From Eledone cirrhosa (lineage: Eukaryota), in contig OZ024740.1 in the NCBI GenBank assembly GCA_964016885.1, forward strand, positions 331,204,001 through 331,268,000: a stretch of DNA of 64,000 nt, in the 5' to 3' direction. Shown here in pieces: positions 28,861 to 43,679 of the stretch (positions are counted from its first letter, which is position 1; each line of letters opens with the position of its first letter). Made by a program: the position numbers and the translations under genes. The notes below the pieces were generated by a model that did not search any database, was not told the origin of the DNA, and saw only the letters and a list, made by a program, of their open reading frames with translations.

Positions 28861-29087
28861 ATGTTTAAATACATCTAAAATCTGAAGAAACCTGGATAAC
28901 ATCTAGACAGCGAAAATCCTGATCATCACCTCGACATTAATTTCTTACATCAAGAACCACTAAAAAGGATACCGCTCCAAGAAAACTCTAAATTCTGTAA
29001 TATCTAACTAGCAGCGAAGAAACCATTTAGAAAAAACACCCTGCTCAATTCTTCTGGTCCATGTAATAAAATTCCCAAACATATGTA

Positions 29088-29276
29088 ATAATTGTTTCTA
29101 CTCTTAGCACAAGGCCAGCAATTATCCCAGTGTATTACTGGTACTTTATTTTATCGACCCCGTAAGGATGAAAGGCAAAGTTAACCTCGGCGGGATTTGA
29201 ACTCAGATCATAAAGGGCCGTAACTCTTTGCTGCAAAGCATAGCGTCCGACCCTTTACCGATACTACCAATCCACC
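29088..29276 (-). mobile_element. Meta-type SINE with 18-bp TSD
   Basis: CCAAACATATGTAATAAT at 29075-29092 and 29275-29292. Confidence 0.92.
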
Positions 29277-29797
29277 AAACATATGTAATAATATAACCCA
29301 TCTATTTTGCACATGACTAAATAAAAGTTATTCCTCGTTATACAACTCACAATCGAAACCGCTAAGTTAGTTTCCATTCCATAAGAACTCTCTAGTAGAA
29401 CTTTAATCTTCACATCTATAACAAATAGTGTTGAAGTAAGGTAATATGGTGAACTATGATGAATTAGGGTAATAATAATTTCCTCTGCGAAACACGGGGA
29501 CGCAACAACAGTAGTGCTTGAGGCGTCAATTTCTATGTACATCAGTGGGTTAGACTGTAAATATGGTGTTATATATTGGTGTGATGTGAGGGATTTCTGC
29601 ATTTCCTCCAGACTAATCTGGAATCATTTAGGAATCATCAAGTAAGGAAAGATGCGGTGGATACTTGATGGTCATTGCGTTATGATGAAACATGATGAAG
29701 TAATGCGGCAAACTATTCTTAGACAGTATAAAATGTAGCCGGAGAAGAGGATGACGTGAGTAAAGCTGGAGGAGAAGACATTTCCATATCTTTGAAC

Positions 29798-29839
<42 letters not shown>

Positions 29840-30296
29840 ATAAATTAACGGAGCCATAGACTCTCGCTATTCCCTGTCATTAATGTGCTCAAAGGAGAAG
29901 GAATCCCGAGCCCTTTATAATACAATATGTAGAAAAGATAACACACCAGGCAGAGAGATAGTGCGCCATCAGTCAAACAGGGAAAAACCACCAGTGTATG
30001 GAATCTATAGCCCATCGTGTGTTATCTTTTCTACATATTGTATATATATATATATAAGTCTGTGTGTGAGAGTGGGAGTATCTCTGCCAGTGCGTGTGTT
30101 CGTGTATATATGTGAGGGAGAGGATGGTAGATGTATGTATATGTGGGTGCAAGATTTGTTTACACATGTGGATAATGTGAATGTGTGATTTATATGTGTA
30201 GCACAGATGTGCAGGTGGGAATGCTTATGATGTGTATGTATGTTTGAATATTTATTTGTGTAAACAATAAGTATGCATATTCCAGTATATAAATAT

Positions 30297-30416
<120 letters not shown>

Positions 30417-30419
30417 GTA

Positions 30420-30930
30420 GTATGTATTTATATGGACATACATATATGTATAGAGACGTACAGTAGTATGTATATATATACATACATTCACAAATATATA
30501 TATATATGTACGTATGGATTTACCGAACATTTATTATAATGTTCGGGTTGTTTGTTTGTAAACAAACAAACGGCCCGAATTACGCTGTAAAGTGTTCAGG
30601 GAACCATCGTCGCCCTTTTGTTCAACATGAAACAGGAACGATGTACTAGATTCAAGCTTATCCTCAGCAACGTATACCTTTCAGCCAGACGATTGAACGT
30701 CTGAAAGTATATACTTTCCCTATGCATATTAAAGGCTGAGCAGCCTAATTTGTATATCGAGTGAGTTAGTGGGCCGGGCGCACGGAAAACGATAAATGGA
30801 AAAGAAAGAAACGAAATTTCACTTCTCACTCTTAGTACGGCTGATACTTACATATAACTATGTATACGTACATGCATATATGTATACAGACGTACAGTAG
30901 TATGTATATATATATACATACATGCACACG
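30420..30930. repeat. Diverged copy (slightly more than one unit) of the 434-bp hammerhead unit, ribozyme broken
   Basis: Colinear with 12700-13150; the minus strand at 30639-30672 reads CUGAGGA-UAAGCUU-GAAU-CUAG-UA. Confidence 0.85.
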
Positions 30931-31043
30931 TATATATATATATATATATATGTGTTTATATACACATGAAGAAGTATGTATACGTACAGTAGTATGTATA
31001 TATATACATGTATACATATATATATCGATACATGCACACATAT

Positions 31044-31735
<692 letters not shown>

Positions 31736-32049
31736 AGCTGTTATTTGAATCGAACATAAGCTGGATTGTAATGTCATATATTCATGAATATAACTGTTTT
31801 TATTTTTCAGCTTTCAAGTAGAATTACTCTTTTTCTAGCTCTATATGAATTAAATATATTATTCCCAAACAAATGGAAACATCAGTTTTTTTCTTCCCTC
31901 ATCACAATGAAAAAAGTAATCATGCTTGATATGGGAAATTTCTGATGTTTGTGTTTCTCTTTTCTCTCCCTTTGCGTCTCCTCTTCAACCATTCATATAT
32001 TCATCCGTACATATATACATATATATGTATATACATACATATATATATA

Positions 32050-32161
<112 letters not shown>

Positions 32162-33389
32162 CAAATACCTTCCCTCGTAGACAAACAAGTTCAAATATAT
32201 TTCTATATGCATGCATATATAAACATGCATGTGTATTAATGTGTATTCTTATGTATATGTGTATGTATCTGATATTGTATGTGTTTATGCGTATGCATAC
32301 ATGATTAAATGTGCAACGTACTGTGATTAACAGAAGGCAAATACAATAAAGTTATCTGTGATTTTTTTTTTATATTATTCTTTTGTTCTCGATATCTATT
32401 TTAGAACATAATGTAATGTTCCCAGAAATGCGATCACTTACTCTCATGCATGAATATATAGAATGTCACCAATCTCACTAAAGCTTAGTTCGAGTGAATT
32501 GTATACATTTAAGAAAAGTAACTACAATGCGTATTACGTCTACATATTTCTTTGTAGTTGAATATTATAACATAGGAAAGTGCAATCTGGAAAGAAAATA
32601 TCCTTTCATTTCTCTTAGATAACTTTTCTAGTCCCTTCATATAACAGGCGTAACAATACAATATTAGAATTTAAATATTTCTATTTTAAATTTCTTCATA
32701 AATCTATTCGATTTACTTTTTATATTTATTTTGCAAGATTCTTGTGCGAAATCATATATTCTTTTATATTGAGACGGTCAGGATACAATGAAAACGCACG
32801 TATTAATTGAATTTATGTTCAGTATATTATTAGTTGAATAACCCACGCATTTTTCGTTTAGTTTAGTAACCGTCTTGTGGTTTCATTGCTAACTGTTATA
32901 TTAACTGTCTTTCACCACACAACATGTAGCCTCTTCAATAAATATCGTTGTCAGTGTGTGTATCTTCTTCGTCATTTATATAGAGTGCATATCCAATGAT
33001 TCTGGGTGTCGTTGATTTTCTTTATATCCACCAGAGTTAAATAAGTATCAAAGGTGTCCATAGTTAAAGACAAGGGTTGTGAATCACAGCTCTAGACAGT
33101 ATATATAACTAATTAACATCCTGCAACCTGTCCAGACTCAATAAAGGCTGTAGATTAACTCTGTAAAGCGAATGAAAAGGTTTTTCGTTGTTTAGGCTTG
33201 ATATTTCTTTATCAAATTTGTTAGTGTTTTTCGTCTGTCCGCAACTACTCTTGTTATAAACAGGAATGTATTTCGGCCTATAGAAATACCTTTCTTAAAT
33301 ATTCAAGGCATCAGTTTAATTTAAGAACAGGGCAACAACAGCAACAGCAAGAAAAACGATAACAACAACAACAGCATCACCAACAACAC

Positions 33390-35150
33390 GACCAACAACA
33401 AAAATAACATTACCAACAACAAGCACACATTAATTGTGGTAACAGCTAAAAAGAGGCCATGGTTCAGCATAGACCTCACGAACAAAGATGAAAAGTTGGC
33501 CCAAGCCTGGTAGCTCATCACGCAAGAGCAAACCTAAGTCAACATAACTGTCTCGGCAGAAACAATTGAAGCTGTAGAGCGTAGAACGGTGCATTTCAGA
33601 TGCATCTCAGGAGAAACAGAGGTGGCTTAATAGCAGATGTTGAAGCCACGCTGATGTGGATCAGGGATGACACTGAATACATAGTGAGGGGAAGACAATA
33701 CAGCATCATTTCGGTGCTGTTTAAATCAGATGCCCTCACTATAAAACATACAATGGCCCCTTGCAAAACCAGCAAGGCCATTTTGTACCCCTCCCACATT
33801 GGAAAACGAACGGATCGTGTCTGCATTCCCAGGAATCCACCAGGACATGACATGTGGTGGTTCCTGGGATGCATGATATTAGGGGAGACGGATGCCGCCC
33901 CGATAGAGGTTACAAGAACTGCCAGCGAGAACTGGTATTGGGTAGACTTGGAGAAACTTCTCCAGATCACGCCCAAGAATGAAAAATAAACCTTGGACCA
34001 CACCCGTCCCCAGTACGGGACAGTTGTACATATAATGACTGAGGGCAAAAGGCTGCATTGTTTCGTTTGCGGAGAAACAACACATTTGCGCGCATTCTAC
34101 CCTCAACTTCTGAAAAGTGCAAGGGGGCGAAGGGTTCCACTGCTGCCAACGCCGGAGCGAGGACGACCACCAACACCAGCACAGGCAAAATCGCCTGCAA
34201 CAACATTGGAAACGCCACCACCAACATTGGCCAACCAGGGGGGAAACAAGGAATGCTCTACCATTCCCCCCAAAAAACAAATACATACATGAACAAAAAC
34301 ATAACCACACACCCACCAAAACACAGACATACTTACTCATCTTCTATTAGTGAAGATGTGGGAAAACAAAAATACCCCAAAAAGCAAAAAAGAAAACACG
34401 CAAAGAAAAAACTCCACAAAGCACATAAACACCCACAATAAAAAATGTAGACACCATCCACACAAACATCTCCCCAACCTCATCTATATTAACACCAGCA
34501 GCACCATCACCATCACCAGAATCCCCAAACGCAAACAACCTAAACAGACGCAAGAAGAAATACATACATAAACAACTGAAACCGCAACACCGCACTCTCA
34601 ACACCAACAAAATCACCACCAACATAGTCACGTAAACAAATAAAACCGCAACAACAAAACATACAAAACTTAATGCTTGTCAAATGGGCCAACAAAGAAC
34701 TGATGGCCCTCGTAGCACGAAGTAAAGAAATATAAACAGAGGGACAAGTTTTTAAATTGAGTACATATCGTGTGCCAAAAGATTTGTTCCTAGTTCCAAT
34801 GTCGCTCGATTCCTGTAAGGGAATTCGAGACAGCTTTCCTCGGGACGTGGGAACCCCGAACGTAAAACCCATATCCAGAAACCCCACCAACTAGGGAGAT
34901 AGAACCAGACGACCTTCACAAGAGGTGGGGGGGGGGGGGGGTAAACATTTCCTCTTTCTTTTAGCCTGCCAACATCTCCATATTAAAAGTAGGCCTGCGG
35001 TCACCCTGGAAACAATGTCACCTGCTCAACGACCTCAAGTCTCTAGAAATAGACATAATTGCCGTCAGCGCGACCAGGATTTCCGACACGCTCGCACTAG
35101 CACCCAATTAAGATAACTATCAGTTCTACGCATTTGTTAGTCAGCCAGGA
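33390..35150 (+). mobile_element. Tx1/L1-like LINE 5' portion (ORF1 and start of APE), paralog of the element at 1-2830
   Basis: ORF1-like segments with a degenerate knuckle CFVCGETTHLRAFY; 34.35-35.15 kb is colinear with the reverse complement of 1.8-2.64 kb; ends shortly after the IAVS APE motif. Confidence 0.8.
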
Positions 35151-37361
35151 TGTTGAGCTGCGTAAATTATATGATTTGTTTTGAAGTATTCGTTAGCAGT
35201 CAATTTAATTATGTCAGTATTATTGCAAGTGGAATGCTGCAGTGAAATATGTAGCAAACGCTATAACATTTATATTAGCAGAAGGTGAATGGCAGGTGTG
35301 AGAATATAAACAGTAGAAACAATTAGCTACATGATGAAATGGAATAATTTACCTATTTATGTAAGATAGATGAAAGCAGTTTGAAACCAATCAATTCCTT
35401 TAGAATGCCTCCGATAACTATCTAGAGATGTTTTGTTGTAGATGATTAGTTTAAGATTTTCAATGGAATTAATGTTTTTGGAAGTATTTGTTTCATGACA
35501 TCAGATATATTTTTCGATAATATCTCTTGATATTTAATTCCTGATTGGTAATATTGATTGATACATCGACTTAAAATACATAGCGTTATTCAGTTACAAA
35601 TTGTCATCAGGTAAAATGATAATTTATTTAACGCTCAGAAAATAACAACAGATTTCTTCAAGAGTACTAACTGTGTAAGTGAATTAACGGTTTGCTTTCG
35701 TTGTTACTCTGAAATATTAGATAACAAGTTGAACAGATACTGAAATATGCTACATATATTACATGACAGAACGTTAAAATGATATTATTAAAGTTTTCCC
35801 TGTAGAAAACCAGCAACAACTTTAAAACCAATAGAATATTAAAAGAAAATAGTGTTGCTTCTGGCTTCGATAGAATATGTAGATTAAAATATATAAATAT
35901 CTGAAGGAAATTGTGATACTTAATATTAATTCCTTTTGCTGTATATTAGAAAGTGATTTGTGAGACATCAGTTGCTGACACTTATCTTTCAAAATTAGGA
36001 CGAGCAACGTTATTTCGACAATAAGATTCAGGATGACATATTTAATTGTACGTCAGGAAATAACGGAAGCGAAGATAAAGTAGACTAGTATAGTATTCTG
36101 TAAAACAAGGTCTCTAACTTCACAGCTTAGGGATTTATAATATTCAACGTCATCTCTTGCTACTTAAATGTAAGATTAAATTTGGGATATCAAGCGATCT
36201 ATTTAGTGATGACATACAAGTTTTCGAACTAACGAAGTTATGAAGTAGGAATTTTAAATCTGCATTTGCATTGTTGATACATTTTTGCAACTGAACAGAT
36301 GCTGGTGATATATAATACAATGAACGAAATAAATTTTATAACTCATTCTATATTATATGCAGCACAAAACCCCTGGTAAGTTAAGGTTATCTAAAATCAT
36401 GATTGTTTGGAATATCATTATGTTCATAATAATATACATCAGTTTATTCTGACATTCAACGTATTTGAGATGTGTACCATGCAAACCGACACAACTAATT
36501 AGAGGACAGTTAAGATGACATCATACAGTTGAAATTGCATACCTCACATTGTGGCCATCAATGTATATATAGATTATTGGTGAGAAATTTAACATCTCCT
36601 CATAATAAGAATATAAGAAATGCAAACGTCATCCCTATATTTTGCACGTGAGTGAGAAATAAATTACAATATTTAACACACATTTCCCTCCGCGAAATAT
36701 AAACGACACATCATAATGACATCGTCTTTTATTCTCTAAATAATTCACGTTTCATTGACTTTATTCAATTCATCCTTAAAGCATTTGTCTAAAATTGGGG
36801 AGGTAATTTTGAATTACATTTTCGTTTATGTATTCAGTCATGAATTCATACAATAAAGGGAATTATATACATATAAATACTGTTCAGTGCTCAACGCATT
36901 AATGTATAGTTTGTATATAAGTGATCGATATAAATTAGTTGTAATATGGAAGGAATTCGGATAATAATCGTACACTATCTTATTATTTTTTATTTCGTGC
37001 TAAATTTAAGTGCTATAGTAAAATCACTGAATTTGTCATATTTCCAAGTGGATAGAATACATTACTTTCGTTGACTTTTCTGACACTTGTTTAATAATTC
37101 TTATGAAATGTTAAATGTATAAAACACATTTGTCATTAATCCAAATTTTACATTGCTTATACACGAACAGAAATATTTTCTACACTTATTATATATTTAT
37201 ATTTGTAATACATTATATCATACACTACGAACATGAATCTGGATAGGAAGAAGGATAGTGAACAATATATCGAAATAGGAGTGGTACTTATATCACAACA
37301 TAATACTAAAATGATATATATGAATCTTTAAAAAGTACACTCGCGGTTGATGACGTGATAT

Positions 37362-37551
37362 ATAATTGTTTCTACTTTAGGTACAAGGCCAGCAATTACC
37401 CAGTACATTACTGGTACTTTATTTTATCGACCCCGTAAGGATGAAAGGCAAAGTTAACCTCGGCGGGATTTGAACTCAGACTGTAAAGGGACGTAACTAT
37501 GCTAGAAAGCATGGCGTCCAAACCTCTATTGATACAGCCAATTCACCGCCC
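37362..37551 (-). mobile_element. Full-length Meta-type SINE with 16-bp TSD
   Basis: TGACGTGATATATAAT at 37351-37366 and 37552-37567. Confidence 0.92.
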
Positions 37552-37719
37552 TGACGTGATATATAATAAACAATCGTGACTTGTTAATCATCAATCGGAC
37601 GGGTCTTCCAAAGTATAACGTGTCCCATATTATACATGTGACATTGAAGCCCACATACGTTCTCATGCACATATCTGCATGATATACTCTAACTGATATA
37701 TATACATATATATATATAT

Positions 37720-38548
37720 ATAAATTAATATTTTATGAACATCTACATGTTATAGTTGCAATTGACTAATAAGATCGCTAGAGTGAAAAATCTTAATTCA
37801 ACAACATAAGGTCTGCCTGTACGATCTAGAAAATAATAAATCAATACTCACAGACTCATATTGGCAAAAAGCTTTGGTACCTAGACACGTTTAAAATTCA
37901 AAATACAAACTTTTTCCGCAGATCGGTCAGAACTTCAAACTTCAAACATGTTTCACAAAGGATGGTATAATAGTAAAATAATTAACTAATTAGCAGTGAG
38001 TTAATCAACTTTTTCTGTGTTTATCAATAGGCACCCAGATAAAAATAAAATAACTCAACCTTAGAAAAATATCTAAGGTCTGGTTAGCGTAGCGAAAATA
38101 CACGAGGTTTTGCACACGGCTTATTCCAGTCCTCTAATGTCCCACACATAGTGCTAGAAATAACAGCCGTTTGTATGGGATTACAAAATTCAGCTCACCT
38201 TGGGGAGCAGTGATAAATAGCTTAGAGTTTAGACTCAGAGAGGTCATTTACAATCATTTCAGCTCTAGGAATTGCTTCTGAGCAGTATAAATTAATATTT
38301 GATGAACATTTACATGTTATAGTTGCAATTGACTAATAAGATCGCTAGAGTGAAAAATCTTAATTCAACAACATAAGGTCTGCATGTACGATCTGGAAAA
38401 TAATAAATCAATACTCACAGACTCATATGGGCAAAAAGCCTTGGTACCTAGACACGTTTAAAATTCAAAATACAAACTTTTTCCGCAGATCGGTCAGAAC
38501 TTCAAACTTCAAACATGTTTCACAAAGGATGGTATATAGTAAAATAAT

Positions 38549-38554
<6 letters not shown>
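37720..38554. repeat. About 267-bp direct repeat (37720-37987 and 38287-38554), both ends abutting (TA)n
   Basis: taaattaatattt...agtaaaataattaacta occurs twice, about 567 bp apart. Confidence 0.88.
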
Positions 38555-38619
<65 letters not shown>

Positions 38620-38724
38620 CCAAAAGTTTATATGGTTCGCTGATTATTGAACGAATTCAAATTTTACAATAGATTAGAATCACTTGACAGTTGTTTATCT
38701 GGAGTATCTATAATACTATTCAAA

Positions 38725-38965
38725 ATATTAATAAATGAGAAATATCATAACAAAGTGTATATTGTATTATACATATTTCAAAGGTACAATCGTATTCAAG
38801 AACGTTTTCATCAGATAAAATATATAAGAGTTTGGATATGCGACCTACTGCTAAGGTACGTGACTCATCAATTCCTGTAGTGGCAGTACAGAAACACCAT
38901 TGTACCTTTGAAATATGTATAATAAAATATATACTTTGGTTATGATATTTCTCATTTATTAATAT
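38725..38965. repeat. About 65-bp inverted repeat with decayed hammerhead-like cores in the spacer
   Basis: atattaataaatgagaaatatcataac...aaaggtacaat versus its reverse complement; minus-strand CTGATGA...GAAT. Confidence 0.75.
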
Positions 38966-38976
38966 TGTGTATAATA

Positions 38977-39064
<88 letters not shown>

Positions 39065-39340
39065 CATAAAATATGTCTATAGAATCACCAGATAAAATAT
39101 ATACCGTTTCCTCTCCCAATTAGCAAAATCAACCATATAAAAAATCAATTAGACCAAGCTATAAGAATAAAGGCTCCTATGAAGAAATCTCCGACAAATA
39201 ACCGAAAGCAGGCTCTTCGCGGCGGTTGCGACGGAGTATTTATTGAATATTTCGACAGCATGAATAAATCGAGCAGATATACAGTCAACTAAACAGAATT
39301 AGGTGTAAAATAAACTAGAAGAAAAGTGTACACATTTAAT

Positions 39341-39420
39341 TACCTCTACCATGGTTTCGTCCGCATTTTAAGACATCCGATAACATTGGAAATCTAGAGC
39401 TTCGGATTCTTCAGGAGTTA
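39341..39420 (-). ncRNA. Type I hammerhead with long stem-loop II (A10.1-C11.1 mismatch in this copy)
   Basis: UAACUC-CUGAAGA-AUCCG...CGGAC-GAAA-CCAUGG-UA-GAGGUA. Confidence 0.65.
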
Positions 39421-39997
39421 GCTCAAATTTAGACAATTAATTTTCCAAAGTGATCGCGCCAAGAATACATTCAAAAATGGCTAAGAATCGTGACGTGGCA
39501 GCGGTCAAGTTAGAAAGGGTGTGATTAGTTGCTTACGGCTGGTAGGCTTTTTGCTAGAAAGCGCAGCCCAATATAGCAAAGATTGTATGTCAACCTAACG
39601 GGATATTATTACATATAAAGGTTTACATATATATATAAAGTCATAGATATATATGTGTTTTGCAACGGGTCACTTTGTGGCTCAATGAAGAATTAATAAA
39701 TTAAATAATCAGAGCAATATATAATAAAACATGTCTATAGAATCACCAGATAAAATATATACCGTTTCCTCTCCCAATTAGCAAAATCAACCATATAAAA
39801 ATCAATTAGAACAAACTATAAGATTAAAGGCTTCTATGAAGAAATCTCCGACAAAGAACCGAAAGCAGCCCCTTCGCGGCGGTTGCGACGGAGTATTTAT
39901 CGAATATTTCGACAGCATGTATATATCGACCAGATATGCAGTCAACTAAACAGAATTACGTGTAAAATAAACTAGAAGAAAAGTGTACACATTTAAT

Positions 39998-40077
39998 TAC
40001 CTCTACCATGGTTTCATCCGCAGTTTAAGACATCCGATAACATTGGATATCTAGAGCTTCGGATTCTTCAGGAGTTA
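39998..40077 (-). ncRNA. Type I hammerhead with long stem-loop II
   Basis: CUC-CUGAAGA-AUCCG...CGGAU-GAAA-CCAUGG-UA-GAG; palindromic ACCAUGGU stem III. Confidence 0.72.
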
Positions 40078-40654
40078 GCTCAAATTTAGACAATTAATTT
40101 TCCAAAGTGATCGCGCCAAGAATACATTCAAAAATGGCTAAGAATCGTGACGTGGCAGCGGTCAAGTTAGAAAGGATGTGATTAGTTGCTTACGGCTGGT
40201 AGGCTTTTTGCTAGAAAGTGCAGCCCAATATAGCAAAGATTGTATGTCAACCTAACGGGATATTATTACATATAAAGGTTTACATATATATATAAAGTCA
40301 TAGATATATATGTGTTTTGCAACGGGTCACTTTGTGGCTCAATGAAGAATTAATAAATTAAATAATCAGAGCAATATATCATAAAACATGTCTATAGAAT
40401 CACCAGATAAAATATATACGGTTTCCTCTCCCAATTAGCAAAATCAACCATATAAAAATCAATTAGAACAAACTATAAGATTAAAGGCTTCTATGAAGAA
40501 ATCTCCGACAAAGAACCGAAAGCAGCCCCTTCGCGGCGGTTGCGACGGAGTATTTATCGAATATTTCGACAGCATGTATATATCGACCAGATATGCAGTC
40601 AACTAAACAGAATTAGGTGTAAAATAAACTAGAAGAAAAGTGTACACATTTAAT

Positions 40655-40734
40655 AACCTCTACCATGGTTTCATCCGCAGTTTAAGACATCCGATAACAT
40701 TGGATATCTAGAGCTTCGGATTCTTCAGGAGTTA
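40655..40734 (-). ncRNA. Type I hammerhead with long stem-loop II
   Basis: Same core as 39998-40077. Confidence 0.72.
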
Positions 40735-41084
40735 GCTCAAATTTAGACAATTAATTTTCCAAAAATGATCGCGCCAAGAATACATTCAAAAATGGCTAAG
40801 CAGCGGTCAAGTTAGAAAGGATGTGATTAGTTGCTAACGGCTGGTAGGCTTTTTGCTAGAAAGCGCACCCCAATGCAGCCAAAATTGTATCTCAACCTAA
40901 CGGGAAATTATTACATTTAAAGGTTTACATATATATATATAAACTCATATTTTCGAAACAGCGAGTTGGTTTGAAATTATTAGAAATGTAAGCTATCGCC
41001 GTATTTTGACTAAAGAAATTAAAGAAATTATTTAGCCTGATAGTGGGGTTAAGTAACCTCGGAGAAATGGAAAAAAATGAGTAT

Positions 41085-41156
41085 TAACGTACATGGGAGT
41101 CGAACCCACATCTTTGGTTATCCGGACCACTGTGCTACCATTTACACCAACACATC
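41085..41156 (-). pseudogene. 72-nt tRNA-like cloverleaf (pseudo-tRNA or SINE head; loop CCGGAUA)
   Basis: GATGTGT-TG-GTGT-AAATGGTA-GCAC-A-GTGGT-CCGGATA-ACCAA-AGAT-GTGGG-TTCGACT-CCCAT-GTACGTT-A; A and B boxes present, many G-U pairs, no U33. Confidence 0.65.
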
Positions 41157-41857
41157 ACCCATCTTTTTCCCTTCAAATTAGAAGCTATAAACTTAGTGAC
41201 TATAATGTCAAGTAAGAATATTTGACCCAACATAGTCATCTAGCCCCATTTTTACTTGTAGCTAATAAGTTAAACAGCTATAACTAACTGAGATAATTAT
41301 AAGTTACCTCCCCTATATTGTCTCTCAATTAAAAAATTAAAAAATTAGCACTTAAGTATAAACTACCCACAATTTCTAATCTCTCGAGGAGTTACTTCCC
41401 CTGAAACCACCTTCTAATTAGTAAGGTAAATCTGTCCATTGGCGGCCATCTTGTTACCCATAGGCAGATCACACACAATGCAGCCTCGACAGATGAATAC
41501 TGCTTGATTATGGCTGAGAATTGATACACCCAGGACACCATAGTGAAATACCAATATATGGAACATTACATTATGTAACATTCTCTCCTTATTTTAATTT
41601 ATATTCCTTTGAAGTTCCGATGAGCCGCTCTGTTTATAAATTTGTTAATTATTTTCAACTGAACGAGATCAATAATGATATATAATCATGTTATCCAGAA
41701 ATATTATATGGAGTAGCGAAACAATTGTAAACGGACATGATTATTATTAATATTATTATTATTATTCTCTACATTCCTTACATCAAACTAAATTATGTTG
41801 ACAATCTTTTAATAATGTCTACCATGTGAAATGTGTGGTCTTGTTCTGCTTAACTAA

Positions 41858-41958
<101 letters not shown>

Positions 41959-42220
41959 GTATATATATGCATATACATTATTCAAATGAAGCTACTTAGC
42001 CGATGTATACTTAAGAAAATACTATATATTTTCAAGCGTTCAATAGACTGGCAGAGGTATACAGACTTGATGAAGGGTACTTACCCAGAAACATGTTGAT
42101 TGTTCCTCAAAGCCAGTGTTTAACAAACAGGTGACGATCGATCACCGGCACGACGCAGCTTCAAATCGGGCTGAAACTTGTTATTAATGTTCGATACACC
42201 CATACCTACATATGTATATG

Positions 42221-42337
<117 letters not shown>

Positions 42338-42407
42338 GTTTGTGTGTGTTTGTATGTATGTATTCATATAGATATTTATATATACACACACACATATATA
42401 TCTATAT

Positions 42408-42485
<78 letters not shown>

Positions 42486-42658
42486 TATATATATAATATA
42501 TACTGCCAAGACTGGAATTGAAACATCAGCACAGTTGTCAGACATCTATTTATTTTATATGATGAGGACGTACTGATGAAATAGCTCAGTACCTATGAAA
42601 CATGTATAATAAAATATATTTGACCACATGAATTTCTATATTTATTAATATTTTGATG

Positions 42659-42710
<52 letters not shown>

Positions 42711-42774
42711 AAAAATAGATGAAAACTATTCTGTAGTCTTTATAGCGATAAAGACTATAGAATAGTTTTCCACA

Positions 42775-42900
42775 TAAGGGTGCAAAAATGTAATGAAAAC
42801 TTGTTCACGTGACAGCCAAATTTCATTTATAACCAATCAAATCACGTTTATTAAAAAAATTCCTTCGTGAGCCACCTTTTTTTAAAGTAAAGAAATTCAA

Positions 42901-42933
<33 letters not shown>

Positions 42934-43242
42934 CACACACAAGCACAAAAATAAACACACTTATCTTTACTTTCTGTATTCAATAGAAAATCTGAATTCT
43001 GACACCCCAGCGAACTAACCATATTCACTGAACCAGAACAATTCTCCCATCCCTTTCTCTTGACCATTATCTTTCACTTATCAAAAGATTCGCTAAAAAA
43101 AAGGCTACAGAATGGATTTCCAAATAAGGGCACAAAAATTTAATGAAAATTTGCTCACGTGACAGCCATAATTTCATTTTTAACCAACCAAAAAAAAGCC
43201 TTCGTGAGCCTCCTTTTTTCAAGTAAAAAGAAATTCAAACAC
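42775..43242. repeat. Diverged about 125-bp direct repeat (42775-42904 and 43125-43242)
   Basis: taagggtgcaaaaatgtaatgaaaac...cacgtgacagcc...ccttcgtgagcc...aagaaattcaaacac occurs twice. Confidence 0.75.
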
Positions 43243-43679
43243 TCATATATGAAAAAAACAACCTTCAACCCCCCCCGCCCCTCTTATTTGCAGAACTATT
43301 GTAACGCGAACTGGCGCGAAATTTATTATAATTATTGACAAACCAATCAAATTACTTCTCGAAAAACCTGGCATTTCGAGCCACTTTTTCCATATAAAAC
43401 AAGTAACATTCAGAGACCAACCAGATGTGAGAAAAATCACAGACCCTCCATCTCAACTCACTTTTCGAAAAGCAGAAGAACTGCGAAACCGGTAAAGGAA
43501 CCAAATAAATATATATATTTTTCAAATAAATAAGACTCCAGTTGCATTTTCGATTTCATCTCTTTTTCTTTATACTTTCACTCGTGTAGGACACCTCGGT
43601 TATGTTTCATTTTGTAAAAAAAACCTCACTTTCTAATATATATATATAAAGTAGTTTCAGATGTTCAAGTCCTTTAATA

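Larger units (their letters stand above)
39062..40945 (-). repeat. About 657-bp non-coding tandem unit, about 2.85 copies, one hammerhead per unit
   Basis: tgtctatagaatcacc at 39074, 39732 and 40389; no ORF in the track. Confidence 0.93.

Noticed and set aside
28878-28925. Hammerhead after the PLE remnant (CTGAAGA...GAAA)
   Set aside because: Cleavage position is G and the stems are weak
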